A stretch of 64,000 bases of DNA from a virus (lineage: Duplodnaviria; Caudoviricetes): the IMG/VR virus record IMGVR_UViG_3300036783_000204, positions 14,522 through 78,521 of that record; one strand, 5' to 3'. The notes beneath the pieces are model-generated. The model saw only the letters and a list, made by a program, of their open reading frames with translations, did no database searches and had not been told where the DNA came from. Shown in pieces: positions 62,660-64,000 of the stretch. A program made the translations under genes and the position numbers. Numbering within the stretch: the stretch's first letter is position 1; the number at the start of each line of letters is the position of its first letter.

Positions 62660-63325
62660 TCAGTGGAGGGACCCGTATTGGGAAACTGGGTAAATGGGGC
62701 CGCTTGCGGCCGCCGCACTGGCGATTTTGATTTCCAGCATCGCGATCGTGCAGTCGCTCGATCCGCCACCGGCGGACATGGTCATGGAGTTGCCGTTCAC
62801 ACCGTCGGCGGTGGTGCGTTTCAGGATTCCGCCGGAAATGCCGCCGAAGGCTGCTTCGGCGTCATTCCACGAACACCCGGAGCCTGCGGTGTCGGTGGTG
62901 ACGCCGAGCTGGTCACCGAATATCGCCCAGAACCAGGAGTTGGTCTGCGTCGCGTTCGCGGATGTGGTGTTCGACTGCGCGATGCTGTGGGCGCCGGTGA
63001 ACGATGACTCGGCACCGGTGAACACCGCCACTTTCAAGCCGTTCGCCGTGAACGAGCCGGTTCTGGTGCTGCTGACCGTGATGCTGCCCGGGGCGGTGGT
63101 GGTGAAGGCGACCCATGTGGAGAGCGAGCACCGTCCGGCGACGCTGACGCTGTCGATCTTCGTCCAGGTCAGGCTTCCGCCTGCCACGGAGAATGTGTTG
63201 GATTCGTCGGCGATAGTGAAGGCGGCGAGGAGGCTGCTAGCGGGCGGGGAGAAGCTCGCCGTGGTCGCCGGGTTCGATGTGCCCTTCACGAAGGTCGGTG
63301 TGGAGCCGTCGAGAGCGAGTACCAC
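62660..63325 (-). CDS. Putative virion decoration/fibre protein
   Basis: Ser/Thr/Gly-rich beta protein (ASFSPPASSLL, GSLTWTKI). Confidence 0.7.
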   Translation of the reverse strand: MVLALDGSTPTFVKGTSNPATTASFSPPASSLLAAFTIADESNTFSVAGGSLTWTKIDSVSVAGRCSLSTWVAFTTTAPGSITVSSTRTGSFTANGLKVAVFTGAESSFTGAHSIAQSNTTSANATQTNSWFWAIFGDQLGVTTDTAGSGCSWNDAEAAFGGISGGILKRTTADGVNGNSMTMSAGGGSSDCTIAMLEIKIASAAAASGPIYPVSQYGSLH

Positions 63326-63337
63326 GCCGACTCCCTG

Positions 63338-63667
63338 CTAGCCCTGGATCTCTCCGGCGGTCAGTGATCCGATGTCGGCGAAGAACTCGACCCCGATCCC
63401 GGCGAGGGCTTCGGCATCGAAGGTTCCGGTGTCGGCGGTCATTTCCAGGGCGACGCGGGCGCCGTCGGGGCGGTCGATGATCATCCATCGCCAGGGGCAT
63501 CCGGGGTCAATGACGTAGTCGATGCCCTGGATGGCGTTGGTGCCGCCGCCGTTGACCGGCGAGTCGAATCGCACGCTGAGGGTGAAGGGATGGGGCTGAT
63601 TGTCGGTGTCCCACCAGGTGTCTGATGTGGACCACGGGGACGCGGGGGGCCAGGCGCCCTTTCCCAT
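63338..63667 (-). CDS. Hypothetical protein
   Basis: AAAGGAA RBS; located in structural operon. Confidence 0.6.
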   Translation of the reverse strand: MGKGAWPPASPWSTSDTWWDTDNQPHPFTLSVRFDSPVNGGGTNAIQGIDYVIDPGCPWRWMIIDRPDGARVALEMTADTGTFDAEALAGIGVEFFADIGSLTAGEIQG

Positions 63668-63682
63668 TGCGTTTTCCTTTTC

Positions 63683-63988
63683 TTAGACCGGGACTCCGGC
63701 GATGAGGTCCCACACAACGGCCACTCGGGCGGCGATGGTCGCGTCGTCCACGGTGTTGTCGATCGTGGTGTCGGACGCGATCGCCCAGCCGAAGCGGCTG
63801 GCGTAGGTACTGGGGCTTGCCAGGGCGTTCTGGGCGAGCATCAGCCGGGCTTTGTCGGCACCGCTGACGGTGGAGGCGGCGAGGATCGCATCGCCGAGGG
63901 TGACTCCGTAGAACTCCATCGCGGCGGTGACACGAGCCAGGAAGGAGGTGTCCACGGCCAGGGCTGCGGCGGAGGCGAGGTTGTTCAC
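63683..63988 (-). CDS. Hypothetical protein (start near window edge)
   Basis: 101-aa Ala-rich ORF. Confidence 0.6.
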   Translation of the reverse strand: MNNLASAAALAVDTSFLARVTAAMEFYGVTLGDAILAASTVSGADKARLMLAQNALASPSTYASRFGWAIASDTTIDNTVDDATIAARVAVVWDLIAGVPV

Positions 63989-64000
63989 CGCCGCGATGGA

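Larger units (their letters stand above)
1..64000. mobile_element. Temperate actinobacterial siphophage genome (partial; head/packaging genes outside window), apparently in non-integrated form
   Basis: Tape measure, tail tube, Dit, GH25 endolysin, tyrosine integrase, SSB, ERF and replication initiator all present. Integrase is internal and flanked by phage genes; no host housekeeping genes seen. Confidence 0.95.

Overview
This window is most of the genome of a high-GC (roughly two-thirds G+C by eye) temperate siphophage of an actinobacterial host. It appears to be in a non-integrated configuration: the tyrosine integrase, a candidate repressor/Cro-Xis pair and a candidate attP core sit mid-window, with phage genes on both sides and no host housekeeping genes. 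Layout: 1-12.9 kb is a + strand arm of short early genes whose intergenic regions repeatedly carry a conserved hairpin (GTCC-N5-GGAC core) and a CCAACTG motif. 12.8-30.1 kb is a - strand replication/recombination operon (resolvase, SSB, replication initiator with internal iterons, two HNH, two ParB-like, LexA DNA-binding domain, ERF). 30.1-33 kb is the immunity/integration cassette. 33-46 kb is accessory cargo (initiator tRNA-Met, NUDIX, XRE/DUF5753 + DUF397, solute-binding lipoprotein + cupin, a cluster of multi-HTH genes). 46-50 kb is lysis (GH25 endolysin, holin-like membrane proteins). 50-64 kb is tail and head-tail genes; capsid, portal and terminase must lie outside the window. The most striking unexplained elements are two tandem circularly permuted, anticodon-less tRNA folds directly downstream of an uncharacterised 244-aa gene (16.2-17.3 kb), and the repeated hairpin units that separate the early genes like cassettes. 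Family names come from motif recognition only; no database search was run, and many start codons were re-assigned by eye from RBS position and gene overlaps.
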